The notes below the pieces were generated by a model. The model saw only the letters and a program-made list of their open reading frames with translations. It searched no databases and had not been told where the DNA came from. The position numbers and the translations under genes were made by a program. From assembly GCA_041498975.1 (NCBI GenBank), contig JBGQJI010000006.1, positions 1-35,176 on the forward strand: 35,176 bases of DNA, written 5' to 3'. Source of the stretch: Candidatus Methylomirabilis sp. (GTDB lineage: Bacteria > Methylomirabilota > Methylomirabilia > Methylomirabilales > Methylomirabilaceae). Positions 22,379 to 30,313 of this stretch are shown in pieces; position 1 is the first letter of the stretch, and each line of letters opens with the position of its first letter.

Positions 22379-22449
22379 TTGCCGTTCACTCGGCCGAGGG
22401 GCGGCGCGGAGCGCCGCTCCCGAGGATCGGGTGCAACGGCTTGTTATGT
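22371..22449 (-). other. attC site
   Basis: Minus strand: ACATAAC-AAGCC-GTTGCACC...AGTGAAC-GGCAAC-GTTATGC with GC-rich central hairpin. Confidence 0.88.
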
Positions 22450-22635
22450 GTCTGATTCACGATCCTGGAGGTGCTTCTTAAGTTGGTCAATGTCAAGAGC
22501 CGGCCGTGTGCTGTGGATCATGGCGTGGCAGTTCGGGCAAACCGGAACTAGATCATTCACCGGGTCCACTACGTACACACCTTTGATTTCGGACAATGGC
22601 ACAAGGTGGTGGACGTGGATGTAGTTCTTCCCATA
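22444..22635 (-). pseudogene. C-terminal remnant of an HNH endonuclease (McrA-like)
   Basis: Translated by hand: YGKNYIHVHHLVPLSEIKGVYVVDPVNDLVPVCPNCHAMIHSTRPALDIDQLKKHLQDRESDT*, with the stop inside attC R''; no start codon. Confidence 0.8.
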
Positions 22636-23018
22636 GAGAATGGAAACGGCGAAAAAAACATGAAAACTGCTACAGCAGCGAACGCGATGACGATACTTGT
22701 GACTGGTAATACGAGTGGCGTATCTACAATCGACTTACCGATATAAAGAAGCAGAAACCATAAAATGGGATGCCCATCATATTGGGTCAGTCCGTAAAGG
22801 TCTAGCGGTGAAATGGCAGCGCGTGCTAACGATAATGCCCGAACTTCGTCACGCCCGAATTCATGCCGTGTCGTAGTGAAGATGACTCCAGTGAGCCATA
22901 TGCCAAGAATGGCGACTGTGACGATTGCAGACTTTGCTCCGGCGGACGAGGTATTAGATCGGGCCAGTGCTAGACACCGTCCCACAAAAGCTTTTGGTGA
23001 TATCGTCAAGCGGTTCAT
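22636..23018 (-). pseudogene. N-terminal remnant of a polytopic membrane protein (GT-C-like), first cassette after attI
   Basis: TM helix then HEFGRDE...YDGHPILWFLLL; lower GC; fused out of frame to the HNH remnant. Confidence 0.55.
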
Positions 23019-23056
23019 CGTTATTTCAGAATAATCTGGCCAATAGAGTATCGAGC

Positions 23057-23142
23057 GGCTAACTATTGATGCTGAAGCATTTCCCGGTCCTCACATTTCC
23101 CACGACTGCGGCGATTCTCTCGGGTTTTCGAAACCTTGTCAA
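23057..23142 (-). promoter_or_regulatory. Candidate Pc promoter and attI crossover downstream of intI
   Basis: Minus strand TTGACA (23137-23142)-17 bp-GAGAAT (23114-23119), then GTTAGCC at 23057-23063 ~40 bp ahead of the cassette ORF, with no attC hairpin. Confidence 0.5.
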
Positions 23143-23192
23143 GGTTCTCCGGGCCCCGCCATGGCCGATAAATACTGACCAGCATAATCCCA

Positions 23193-23579
23193 TTATGGCT
23201 GCAGCGAATTGGGCGCCACGGTCGATGCGTCTGCCGGACTACGGACGCCTCTCCCACCCCGATTCACAACATGGGTGTAAATCATGGTCGTGGTGACACC
23301 CCCGTGACCCAAGAGCTCTTGGACGGTCTGGATGTCATAGCCATCCTCGAGCAGGTCAGTGGTAAAGGTATGCCGCAATGTGTGGCGGCTCGCTGGTTTC
23401 ACAATCCCGGCCTTGAGCCTAACCTCTTTCATCGCCCGCTGGAGAACCGATTCGTGTGGGTGGTGACGGCGCCTTTTTCGCGCGAGCCGGTCGGTGTAGT
23501 GGTGTGAGGCTGGAAAGACCCACTGTCATCCCCATTCTTTGCCTGCGTTTGGATATTTGCGTTCACGGGCATTGGGCAG
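23193..23579 (-). pseudogene. intI: Integron integrase remnant (C-terminal part, internal stop)
   Basis: LPNARERKYPNAGKEWG*QWVFPAS...[15 protein letters not shown] (IntI-specific insertion), [29 protein letters not shown]-terminus missing. Confidence 0.92.
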
Positions 23580-23594
23580 GCTTACGCGGCCGAA

Positions 23595-23645
23595 ATAGAC
23601 GTCAAACAGCCAGCCCGTCTGCGCGCGCAACTTTCTGCTCCAGGA
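23595..23645 (-). repeat. 51-bp direct repeat copy 2 (vestigial polB start overlapping the small gene's end)
   Basis: Encodes LRAQTGWLFDVY, against LRAQKGWLFDVY at the polB start. Confidence 0.9.
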
Positions 23646-23871
23646 CTTTGAGTTCCTTCTTCAGCTCGATCAGCATGCAGAGCAGCATCGTCTCGAAGGG
23701 CTTGGGATTGCTGGCATAGGCGCCGGCCTGCATCTGGGTCTTCGGCGCGATGAAGAGCTCGTCGAAGACCTCCTGGTCGTCTTTGCGCAGCGCCCGCCGA
23801 AACCGCTTCCACTCGTCCTTCTCGAGCTCCTGCAGGATCAGCATGTTATAGGTCGGCAGCGTCCTCCCCAT
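23602..23871 (-). CDS. Small helical protein of the PolB2-associated family (arCOG07300-like)
   Basis: MGRTLPTY...EWKRFRRALRKDDQEVFDELF...NPKPFETMLLCMLIE; RBS GAGAGG. Confidence 0.8.
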   Translation of the reverse strand: MGRTLPTYNMLILQELEKDEWKRFRRALRKDDQEVFDELFIAPKTQMQAGAYASNPKPFETMLLCMLIELKKELKVLEQKVARADGLAV

Positions 23872-23909
23872 GGTTTACACCTCTCTCCCGTACGCACTCA
23901 CTAATGTGA

Positions 23910-24093
23910 TGTCATTGCGAGGCCGACAAGGTCGGCTGAAGCAATCTCGCGACTCGGGGCAGGCTGCGCAATCTACCCGCCCAACGGATCACAGGCGAGA
24001 TTGCTTCGCTTCGCTCGCAATGACACCGCGTGTCGGATTGCCGCGCTCCCTTCGACGAGGCTCGGGGCAGGCCTTCCAGTCGCTCGCAATGAC
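23910..24093. repeat. Cluster of GTCATTGCGAG/CTCGCAATGAC REP-like palindromes
   Basis: GTCATTGCGAG..GAAGCAATCT...AGATTGCTTCG..CTCGCAATGAC and a further copy; related units at ~22150 and ~30197. Confidence 0.75.
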
Positions 24094-24122
24094 GATGTCG
24101 CGACATGCAATGTGTTTGCGAT

Positions 24123-24316
24123 AGTTATACTGTTGACTAATACCATGAGCCAAAAAAAGGGCTCGAAGGCCAAAGCGCGCCACCACGCTCTGAAGCGGCT
24201 CAGAGGCGCCGGAATGTTCCAGCCCTTGGCCCAGAGAACCTGCCAGCCACCGCAAGCAGCACGCAGAACCGGCATACTCAGGGCATGATACCCATCATCC
24301 CTGAAGCCGCGTAACG
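24123..24316 (-). promoter_or_regulatory. ~190-bp repeated promoter module copy 2, upstream of the small gene
   Basis: Direct repeat of 22188-22378; TATTAGTCA-4 bp-TATAAC. Confidence 0.8.
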
Positions 24317-24345
24317 CGATGCCGCTCAGCGACGGCCCGTTAGGC
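24309..24345 (-). other. Internally deleted attC-like site
   Basis: Minus strand GCCTAAC-GGGCC-GT..GCTGAGC-GGCATCGC-GTTACGC; R'' matches the DUF418 cassette start (TAGGCAG). Confidence 0.6.
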
Positions 24346-24439
24346 AGCGTCTTCTCGCGAGTCTTCCTGCCGCCTCGGCATCCTGAATAGCTGGCAGGGC
24401 AGCGCGACCTTAAGCGGACCGCGAGATAGCCCCAAGTCT

Positions 24440-25735
24440 TCAGACGACGGCTGCCGGCCCGCTTGAGCCGCTCGATTGTGCGAGCCGCATCGGCTGGAAC
24501 CGGGCGTAGGTCAGTGTCCGCCACAGCCACTCGACCGGTCCGAAGCGGAAGCGACCGAGCCACCAGCGGCTCCAGACGATCTCCGCGCCGAAAAGCGCCA
24601 GCGTGAACAGGATCCCGATGGCAGATCCGAATTTCTGGTAGAGACCCAACCCGTAACCAAAAAAGACCGATGCGCAGAGGAACCACTGCATGAGGTAGTT
24701 GGTGAGCGCCATTCGCCCCGGCCAAGCCAGCAGGCCCAGTCTTGTTCTCCATCGCCGGCTCTGCGCCATGAGGAGAAGCATCGCGGAGGCATAGCCCAAA
24801 CTGACCGCAAAGCCGCCGACAAGCACCAGAGAGCGCTGGAGGATCCAGCCGGCTGGAGGCGCGACTTCCTCGACCGACAGCATCACAAAGAGGGTTCTCC
24901 CGACCAAACCGATTGCGAAACCCGACCAGAGCACTCGCCGGAGGAACGGCAGATGGGCCGATGTGCTGTCGAAGATTCCGCGGTGAACGGCATAGAGCCC
25001 GATCAAGAACATCGTGAACACGTTGGCGAGCTCGGCTGCATAGAAGTTCCAACCCGAGAAGGTCGCCACGAATTTGTCCCACCGAAGGCCGACAAGCTCC
25101 GTGTAGCTGCCCGTTCTTTCTATCCGACGAGCGCGCCGCACACGCTCCCGGCGCGCCTCAGTCTCGTCGCGCTCCAGCGCACGCACCGTCTCTGCGTCGG
25201 CACCCTGGAGCAAAGCGGCTTGGCGCGTCTCGACGAGGTGGCGCGTCACGCCCGGCGCCGTCGACGCAACGACGAGGCTCAGGGCGGCGCAGATAAGTAT
25301 CGTCCTCGTGGACCGGTGCCGAAAGAGCATCAACGGGTAGCCCATGAGTGCGTAACGAATCAGGATCGGCCGATCCATGATGAAGAATTGCTGCATGACG
25401 CCAATACCCAGCAGCACGCCGAGTCGGCGCGCGTAGATCGGAATGAACGGCGCGCCGCGCGCGCGGGCGCGAGACACCTGGATGGCAAAGCCGACCCCGA
25501 ACAAAAGCGAAAACAGCGGATAGAACTTGTTTGTGGCGAAGAGCTCGATCAGCCAGAGCGCCGTCCTGTCGGCACTCGAATGACGGCCAAGAAAGGCATT
25601 CATGTCGACGAGGATGATTCCGAAGAGCGCGAAACCGCGCAGGATATCCACCGTCTCGATCCGCTCGCCTGGCTCAACGGGCGCAAGCTCGCCTCGGCAT
25701 GACAACTCCCCTGCGACTCCGCTGGTAGTGCACAT
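24440..25735 (-). CDS. DUF418 (YeiB-like) membrane protein, gene cassette
   Basis: RIETVDILRGFALFGI, KFYPLFSLLFGVGF, GRMALTNYLMQ, FRFGPVEWLWR. Confidence 0.9.
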   Translation of the reverse strand: MCTTSGVAGELSCRGELAPVEPGERIETVDILRGFALFGIILVDMNAFLGRHSSADRTALWLIELFATNKFYPLFSLLFGVGFAIQVSRARARGAPFIPIYARRLGVLLGIGVMQQFFIMDRPILIRYALMGYPLMLFRHRSTRTILICAALSLVVASTAPGVTRHLVETRQAALLQGADAETVRALERDETEARRERVRRARRIERTGSYTELVGLRWDKFVATFSGWNFYAAELANVFTMFLIGLYAVHRGIFDSTSAHLPFLRRVLWSGFAIGLVGRTLFVMLSVEEVAPPAGWILQRSLVLVGGFAVSLGYASAMLLLMAQSRRWRTRLGLLAWPGRMALTNYLMQWFLCASVFFGYGLGLYQKFGSAIGILFTLALFGAEIVWSRWWLGRFRFGPVEWLWRTLTYARFQPMRLAQSSGSSGPAAVV

Positions 25736-25819
25736 TTATCTATCCTCTCCGTGCACGGTTTCGGGAATGACGGACTCGGATCCCCCGCAGCGGGTGTGAC
25801 TGCGCTCTGATCGACCTCT

Positions 25820-25909
25820 GCCTAGCTTGGCGCTGAGCGGCCGCCGGCCGAGCACGCCCGGAAAAGACGAGCCGCTTCTCCGCCGGTCCGCTCCAGCGCC
25901 TGGTTGGGT
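25820..25909 (-). other. attC site (R' mutated GTT>GCT)
   Basis: ACCCAAC-CAGGC-GCTGGAGC...GCTCAGC-GCCAA-GCTAGGC. Confidence 0.8.
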
Positions 25910-25913
25910 TGCG

Positions 25914-26201
25914 CTATTTCTCCTCGCCCGGCTGCGGCGTGTCTCGGTTGAGCCTCTTCTGATTCTCGGCAGCCCACTCCGCCTGCGCCCGTTCCGTTCG
26001 CTCGATGATCTCCTGGCACTTCTCCGCCGTCAGGGACATTTCGCTGCACCGTTGCTGGTATGCAGGGTCGTTCGGGCGCTTGCAGCAGAAATACTCCGGC
26101 AAGGGCAAGAACGCCGTGCTGCTTGCCGGGACGGCGACCACAGCGAGCGCCGCCATGGCCGCGACGAAACGCACCGTGAGACAGTAAAGTCTCGAACGCA
26201 T
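25914..26201 (-). CDS. Small secreted Cys-containing hypothetical protein, gene cassette
   Basis: RBS GAAGGAGG, signal peptide, CC...C...C; lies between two attC sites. Confidence 0.7.
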   Translation of the reverse strand: MRSRLYCLTVRFVAAMAALAVVAVPASSTAFLPLPEYFCCKRPNDPAYQQRCSEMSLTAEKCQEIIERTERAQAEWAAENQKRLNRDTPQPGEEK

Positions 26202-26317
26202 CAGGGCACCTCCTTCCCCGTTGGGGCCACGCTGAATGCGAGCGTCGTCGGCGAGTAGCTCCGGCGAGGCCCTTGCGCTGCACTCATGTGTGCAGCACGC
26301 TGACCCCGTCAAGCGCA

Positions 26318-26380
26318 ACCTAACGTGTGCCGTTAACGGGCGCCCGCTTCCGGGCGTCCCGGTTGAACAACCGGTTAGAG
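26318..26380 (-). other. attC site
   Basis: CTCTAAC-CGGTT-GTTCAACC...GTTAAC-GGCACAC-GTTAGGT. Confidence 0.88.
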
Positions 26381-26381
26381 C

Positions 26382-26702
26382 TCATGATGCACCTTGATTC
26401 CCACCCATACGTAGCCGGGAATAGACCACATACCGAATTATGCCGCCGACGAGAAGACAAGCCGGGAATATCACCAGTGAGTAGATTGCTGACACCACGA
26501 GCCACCACGCCGAATCGGGACCGGATGCCATCTCTTTGCGCAAATAAATGGTAGTCACAATGGACAATGCTACAGCGCATCCGACAACAAGAGCATCAAA
26601 TATGCGGATGCTCTTAGCTCCATCTCTGCCAGGGCGGAAGCGAAAATACACCCAGAGTGACACGCCCAGAACTGGAAGGAGGATTGCAAACGCAACAATC
26701 AT
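26382..26702 (-). CDS. Small 3-TM hypothetical protein, gene cassette
   Basis: ATG just after GTTAGAGCTCAG; the cassette start GTTAGAG complements its own R'' CTCTAAC. Confidence 0.75.
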   Translation of the reverse strand: MIVAFAILLPVLGVSLWVYFRFRPGRDGAKSIRIFDALVVGCAVALSIVTTIYLRKEMASGPDSAWWLVVSAIYSLVIFPACLLVGGIIRYVVYSRLRMGGNQGAS

Positions 26703-26707
26703 CTGAG

Positions 26708-26772
26708 CTCTAACGTTCCGCAACAGTTGCAGGTCGCGAAAGCGGACGGCCGCCTGCGTACGGCTGTTAGGC
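26708..26772 (-). other. attC site (imperfect)
   Basis: GCCTAAC...GCAGG...CCTGCAAC...GTTAGAG. Confidence 0.7.
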
Positions 26773-26787
26773 GGCCGTCGGAGCGGC

Positions 26788-27240
26788 TCAAAGCCAACGC
26801 CTGACCTTGCTCTTGTAGTCACGGTATGCATCGCCGAAGATTCGCTCCAGTGTTTTCTCTTCATGAGGGATAAAGACGATACTCAGGACGATGAAGAAAG
26901 CGATTGGTGCAAGAAACATAGGTAGCGAACCAACCCAGACGGCAACTCCAGTCAGCATGAGGATGATTCCTAAATACATCGGATTTCGCGAGAAACGGAA
27001 CGGACCGTCGGCGACTAAAGTACTCGGCTCGTCCGTGGGACGAATAGGTGTTTTCTTCTCCTGGAACAGCTTCCACGCCCAGATCATGACCGCAAATCCT
27101 GCAATAATGCCTATTGAACCCAAGAGCGGCATGGAAAAACGACGCCCGATGTTTTCAGGTACAAGCAGATGAAGGCCGAAACTCACAGCAAGAAGGGCAA
27201 AGGCGATGCTAGGCGGTTTCAGTTCTACAAGGTTCATCAT
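26788..27240 (-). CDS. Isoprenylcysteine carboxyl methyltransferase/PEMT family protein, gene cassette
   Basis: LVADGPFRFSRNPMYLG, IPHEEKTLERIFGDAYRDYKSKVRRWL. Confidence 0.9.
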   Translation of the reverse strand: MMNLVELKPPSIAFALLAVSFGLHLLVPENIGRRFSMPLLGSIGIIAGFAVMIWAWKLFQEKKTPIRPTDEPSTLVADGPFRFSRNPMYLGIILMLTGVAVWVGSLPMFLAPIAFFIVLSIVFIPHEEKTLERIFGDAYRDYKSKVRRWL

Positions 27241-27254
27241 TGGCAGGCCAATTC

Positions 27255-27312
27255 GCCTAAGGCTACGCTTCAGCCGCGCGGGTACCGCGTCGGCTGCAAG
27301 CGCTTGTTCGGC
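27255..27312 (-). other. attC site (R' mutated GTT>CTT)
   Basis: GCCGAAC-AAGCG-CTTGCAGC...GCTGAAG-CGTAGC-CTTAGGC. Confidence 0.85.
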
Positions 27313-27483
27313 TTACCTGTTTCTTTGTTCATCGATATGCCTCAACTCGGAAAGCACCCCATGGCCCGCGTAGAACAAATTAGTTGGGCATTTGTCATAT
27401 TCATCCCTGCATCCGACGGCATCACATGCGATAGCCGAAAAAGGGTGATACCGAATCATAAACCCCCTGAAGCTCATCCTTCG

Positions 27484-27876
27484 TCATTCCCGAATAATCG
27501 AGCCGACGATAAGACCGCCCAATATGGCCTCCACCAAAGAACCTAAAAACCAGACCAGCGCCATGTGATATGGAATGGGCATCACGGAGTAACTTCCGTA
27601 GCCCATCGATACTCCCGTACCCAGCCCAAACCAAAGACCATATTTCAGGCCAGTCGCTACCCCTCTTTGTGAGAAAAACTGCGAATAGATACAGACAAAG
27701 GCGAGGGCGGCGATCAACACCGAAAGGTGCAAGACGGACATCTTCATCTCGCCCATTGGCCGCCACAGCGACGCCGTCGCCTCGTAGGTGGAACGAAGGA
27801 CCACTCCGTGAATGACGAAATCCACCGCGGACCACGCGACGAACACAGCAAGGACCGAGAGGATCACCTTCTTCAT
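27484..27876 (-). CDS. 4-TM hypothetical membrane protein (DUF1761-like)
   Basis: RBS GGGAGGAG before MKKVIL; four hydrophobic helices. Confidence 0.75.
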   Translation of the reverse strand: MKKVILSVLAVFVAWSAVDFVIHGVVLRSTYEATASLWRPMGEMKMSVLHLSVLIAALAFVCIYSQFFSQRGVATGLKYGLWFGLGTGVSMGYGSYSVMPIPYHMALVWFLGSLVEAILGGLIVGSIIRE

Positions 27877-28013
27877 CACTGCTCCTCCCTTCTCGAAGAG
27901 CGCTGCCATCGACACGTCATCGTCTGATCATGATCACCTTCCGGAGTCCACTCCTGGCTCGCTCGGGGTAGATTACCAGCACGGCCGCGCCGCGATGGGC
28001 CAACAGTGGTCAC

Positions 28014-28766
28014 CTAGTCGTACAGCAACACGCCGCCCTCCGGTGACGGGAAGCCATCGTCCCCAGCGAAGGCCCACAGGTACGCCTTGCTAAGGGTCCT
28101 GCCGTTCGTTTCCCCGGAGAAGCTGTGGTCGCAGTGAGGCACGCCCCGTGCGTACACGGCTCTGGCGCTCTTGGCCAGCGACGGCATCATCATGGCCAGG
28201 ATGGCCGCTGCCGGGTCCTGCTCTCCGTACGCCACGTACACCTCACCTGTGTAGCGCCGCACGCCGCTCAGAAAGAACCAATCCGTGCTATCGTAGGCAG
28301 AGACCAGAAGGACCTTGTTGATCGCAGCGAACAGCGGCGCCACTGCAACCACTACAGAACCTCCGGCGGAGAAGCCGGCCAGATACACTTCGGGTTCCCT
28401 GCCGCCACACAGCCGCATGGCCTCCTTCAGGCAGTGTTCCACGAGCGCAGCCATACTTTCAACAAAGATGAGGTTCCAGCTCGCATCCCGGTACGAGTAG
28501 GGCTCATTCGGGTACACGAACTGGGCGTCCGGCCAGGGCGGGTTGAAACTCACCAGCGTGGCGATGCCACGGTCTTGCAGGTGCTCCCCAAGGCGCACGT
28601 ACCGATCTCTGGCCCCCTCCTTGACTTCACCCGCTCCGGGCGCCTGAATGATGAGCTTGCCCGATCTGGTCGGGAACGCGATGAAGGGCACCTCGTAGGG
28701 AACAGTTTGCCCGTGGTAGCCCGTCGTCGTAAGCTGGAGGGAACCCGCCTCTATTGCCACGTTCAC
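28014..28766 (-). CDS. Alpha/beta-hydrolase fold protein
   Basis: Nucleophile elbow GFSAG, YGEQD, CDHSF. Confidence 0.75.
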   Translation of the reverse strand: MNVAIEAGSLQLTTTGYHGQTVPYEVPFIAFPTRSGKLIIQAPGAGEVKEGARDRYVRLGEHLQDRGIATLVSFNPPWPDAQFVYPNEPYSYRDASWNLIFVESMAALVEHCLKEAMRLCGGREPEVYLAGFSAGGSVVVAVAPLFAAINKVLLVSAYDSTDWFFLSGVRRYTGEVYVAYGEQDPAAAILAMMMPSLAKSARAVYARGVPHCDHSFSGETNGRTLSKAYLWAFAGDDGFPSPEGGVLLYD

Positions 28767-28892
28767 CGCCTCACCAAGTCCAAAGACACCTTGGCCTGCT
28801 CATCCCGGATTGAACGGCCCCGTGGGAGAAGAAGGCCGCCGGAGCTGTCGAGCTATCCTCCGGCAAGCCGCCCTGAAAGTCAATCCGCGTGT

Positions 28893-29567
28893 CTAATCCT
28901 TGCTTGTAGAGCTTCTCCTGAATGTATTCCTGAGCGGGACTCCTGCACCTGGGAACGTGTCGGCCGCCCTGACCGGCTTTTCCAAGTAGAGCGTGGAGGC
29001 GTCCAGCTTGATCACTTTATCGGCCATGGCCATCAAGACGTCCAGCAGCCTGTCCCGGTCGGGCAGTCGCACGGCCGGAGCGGGGCAAACCACCAGCACG
29101 AGCGAGCCGGCATCGGCGAGCGCGCGCAGATGGGCCGTCGCTTTCCTGAAAACCCTCCAGGCCTCCCGAAGCTCGACGTCTTCATCGTAGAGATTGTCCA
29201 GAAAGCCAGAGGCGACCAGGATCCGGGAGGCGTAGGTCTTCAAGGCTTGGGAGATGCGCTCGGTGATGAGGGCTTCGAGTTGATGAACGGTGAAGGTCCG
29301 CGAGATATGGATGCGGTCGAGCAGCTCTTCGGGTGGCCTGTTAAGTCGTGTCGCAACCTCAGCGATCAGAAAGGGATTGAAGGCGTTGGCAGAGTCGATG
29401 AAGACGACGTGCTGTCCGGAGGCCAGCAGCGAGGCGATCGCCCGCAGCGAATAGGTGAGGACGGCCTGGCTGCCGTAGAGCAGGACGAGGCCGCCCTGAG
29501 CCCTCCAGCGGTTGAGGGAAAGGGTGAATTGGGAAAAGACAAGCCTGGGAGGCAGTACGCGTTCCAC
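28893..29567 (-). CDS. RecA/RadA-like protein with degenerate Walker A (ImuA-like role inferred)
   Basis: LVLLYGSQAV at the P-loop position (no GKT), VVFIDSANAFNP, LLDRIHISRTFTVHQL; starts 2 nt after the lexA stop. Confidence 0.82.
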   Translation of the reverse strand: MERVLPPRLVFSQFTLSLNRWRAQGGLVLLYGSQAVLTYSLRAIASLLASGQHVVFIDSANAFNPFLIAEVATRLNRPPEELLDRIHISRTFTVHQLEALITERISQALKTYASRILVASGFLDNLYDEDVELREAWRVFRKATAHLRALADAGSLVLVVCPAPAVRLPDRDRLLDVLMAMADKVIKLDASTLYLEKPVRAADTFPGAGVPLRNTFRRSSTSKD

Positions 29568-29569
29568 GA

Positions 29570-30163
29570 TTAAATCCTGCGAAAGACACCGATGACCTTC
29601 CCTAAGATCCTGAAGCGCTTGTCTTTCCCGATCCTGATGGGCGTGAAGTCCTCATTTTCAGGCTTGAGGATCACCGTCTTGCCGTCCATCTGGAAGCGCT
29701 TCACCGTGACCTCGTCATCGACCATCGCCACCACGATCTCGCCGGGGAGCGCTTCACGCTGCACCTTCACGAGCACGAGGTCGCCATCGAAGATGCGGGC
29801 GTCCCGCATGCTGTCACCCTGAACCCTCAGCAGGAAGGTCTCCCCGCCTCCGGTCCACTCCCGGGGGAGCGGGTAACTGGTCTCGATGTTCTCCTCGGAC
29901 AAGACCGGTTTGCCGGCGGCCACCTGACCGAGCAGCGGCGCCAGGGCAACCCGCTGTTCCTGACGCAGCTCGATGGCCCGCGACCGCTTGCGCCCGCGCG
30001 TGAGATACCCGGCCCGCTCGAGACGCTCAAGATGGTACTGGACCCCCCGGAGGTAGATCTTCAGATGCTGGGCGATTTCGCGCAGCGTCGGGGACGCGCC
30101 GTGCCTGGCCTTATAGTCAGCAATAAACTTGAGGATCTGCCGCTGCCGCTCCGTCAGTTCCAT
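29570..30163 (-). CDS. lexA: LexA repressor
   Basis: LTERQRQIL, PTLREIA, VAAG cleavage site, GDSM (Ser), VTVKR (Lys), ILGKVIG. Confidence 0.96.
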   Translation of the reverse strand: MELTERQRQILKFIADYKARHGASPTLREIAQHLKIYLRGVQYHLERLERAGYLTRGRKRSRAIELRQEQRVALAPLLGQVAAGKPVLSEENIETSYPLPREWTGGGETFLLRVQGDSMRDARIFDGDLVLVKVQREALPGEIVVAMVDDEVTVKRFQMDGKTVILKPENEDFTPIRIGKDKRFRILGKVIGVFRRI

Positions 30164-30262
30164 CGGATCCTCTTACCTCCATTCCCTCTTCACGCTGTCA
30201 TTGCGAGCCGCGGGCGCGGCAATCTCGCTCTTTGCCCCATTACGGAAGCGCCTACTACCAAT

Positions 30263-30291
30263 ATTATACATATGACTAATAAGTCAAGCAA
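30263..30291 (-). promoter_or_regulatory. lexA promoter with palindromic operator (candidate LexA box)
   Basis: Minus strand TTGCTT-17 bp-TATAAT; the spacer carries TGACT-tatt-AGTCA (30273-30286). Confidence 0.78.
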
Positions 30292-30313
30292 AAAAAACTT
30301 CATCGAGATTCGC

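Noticed and set aside
23521..23530. TGA in intI as Trp or Sec recoding
   Set aside because: The gene is also 5'-truncated, and TGA ends many normal genes here.
22004..23645. 51-bp repeat as a target-site duplication, or as a DGR template/variable repeat pair
   Set aside because: Too long and diverged for a TSD; it accompanies a larger promoter duplication; no reverse transcriptase in the window.
23898..23911. TCACTAATGTGATG as a fourth LexA-type site
   Set aside because: Only partial similarity to the shared motif, and no linked -10 element.
22086..24288. Similar short ORFs within the two 190-bp repeats (e.g. MTNTMSQK...)
   Set aside because: The copies differ by 1- and 2-nt indels that break frames, so the module looks non-coding.
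28125..29573. 482-aa plus-strand ORF
   Set aside because: Antisense to the hydrolase and RecA-like genes; no recognisable motifs.
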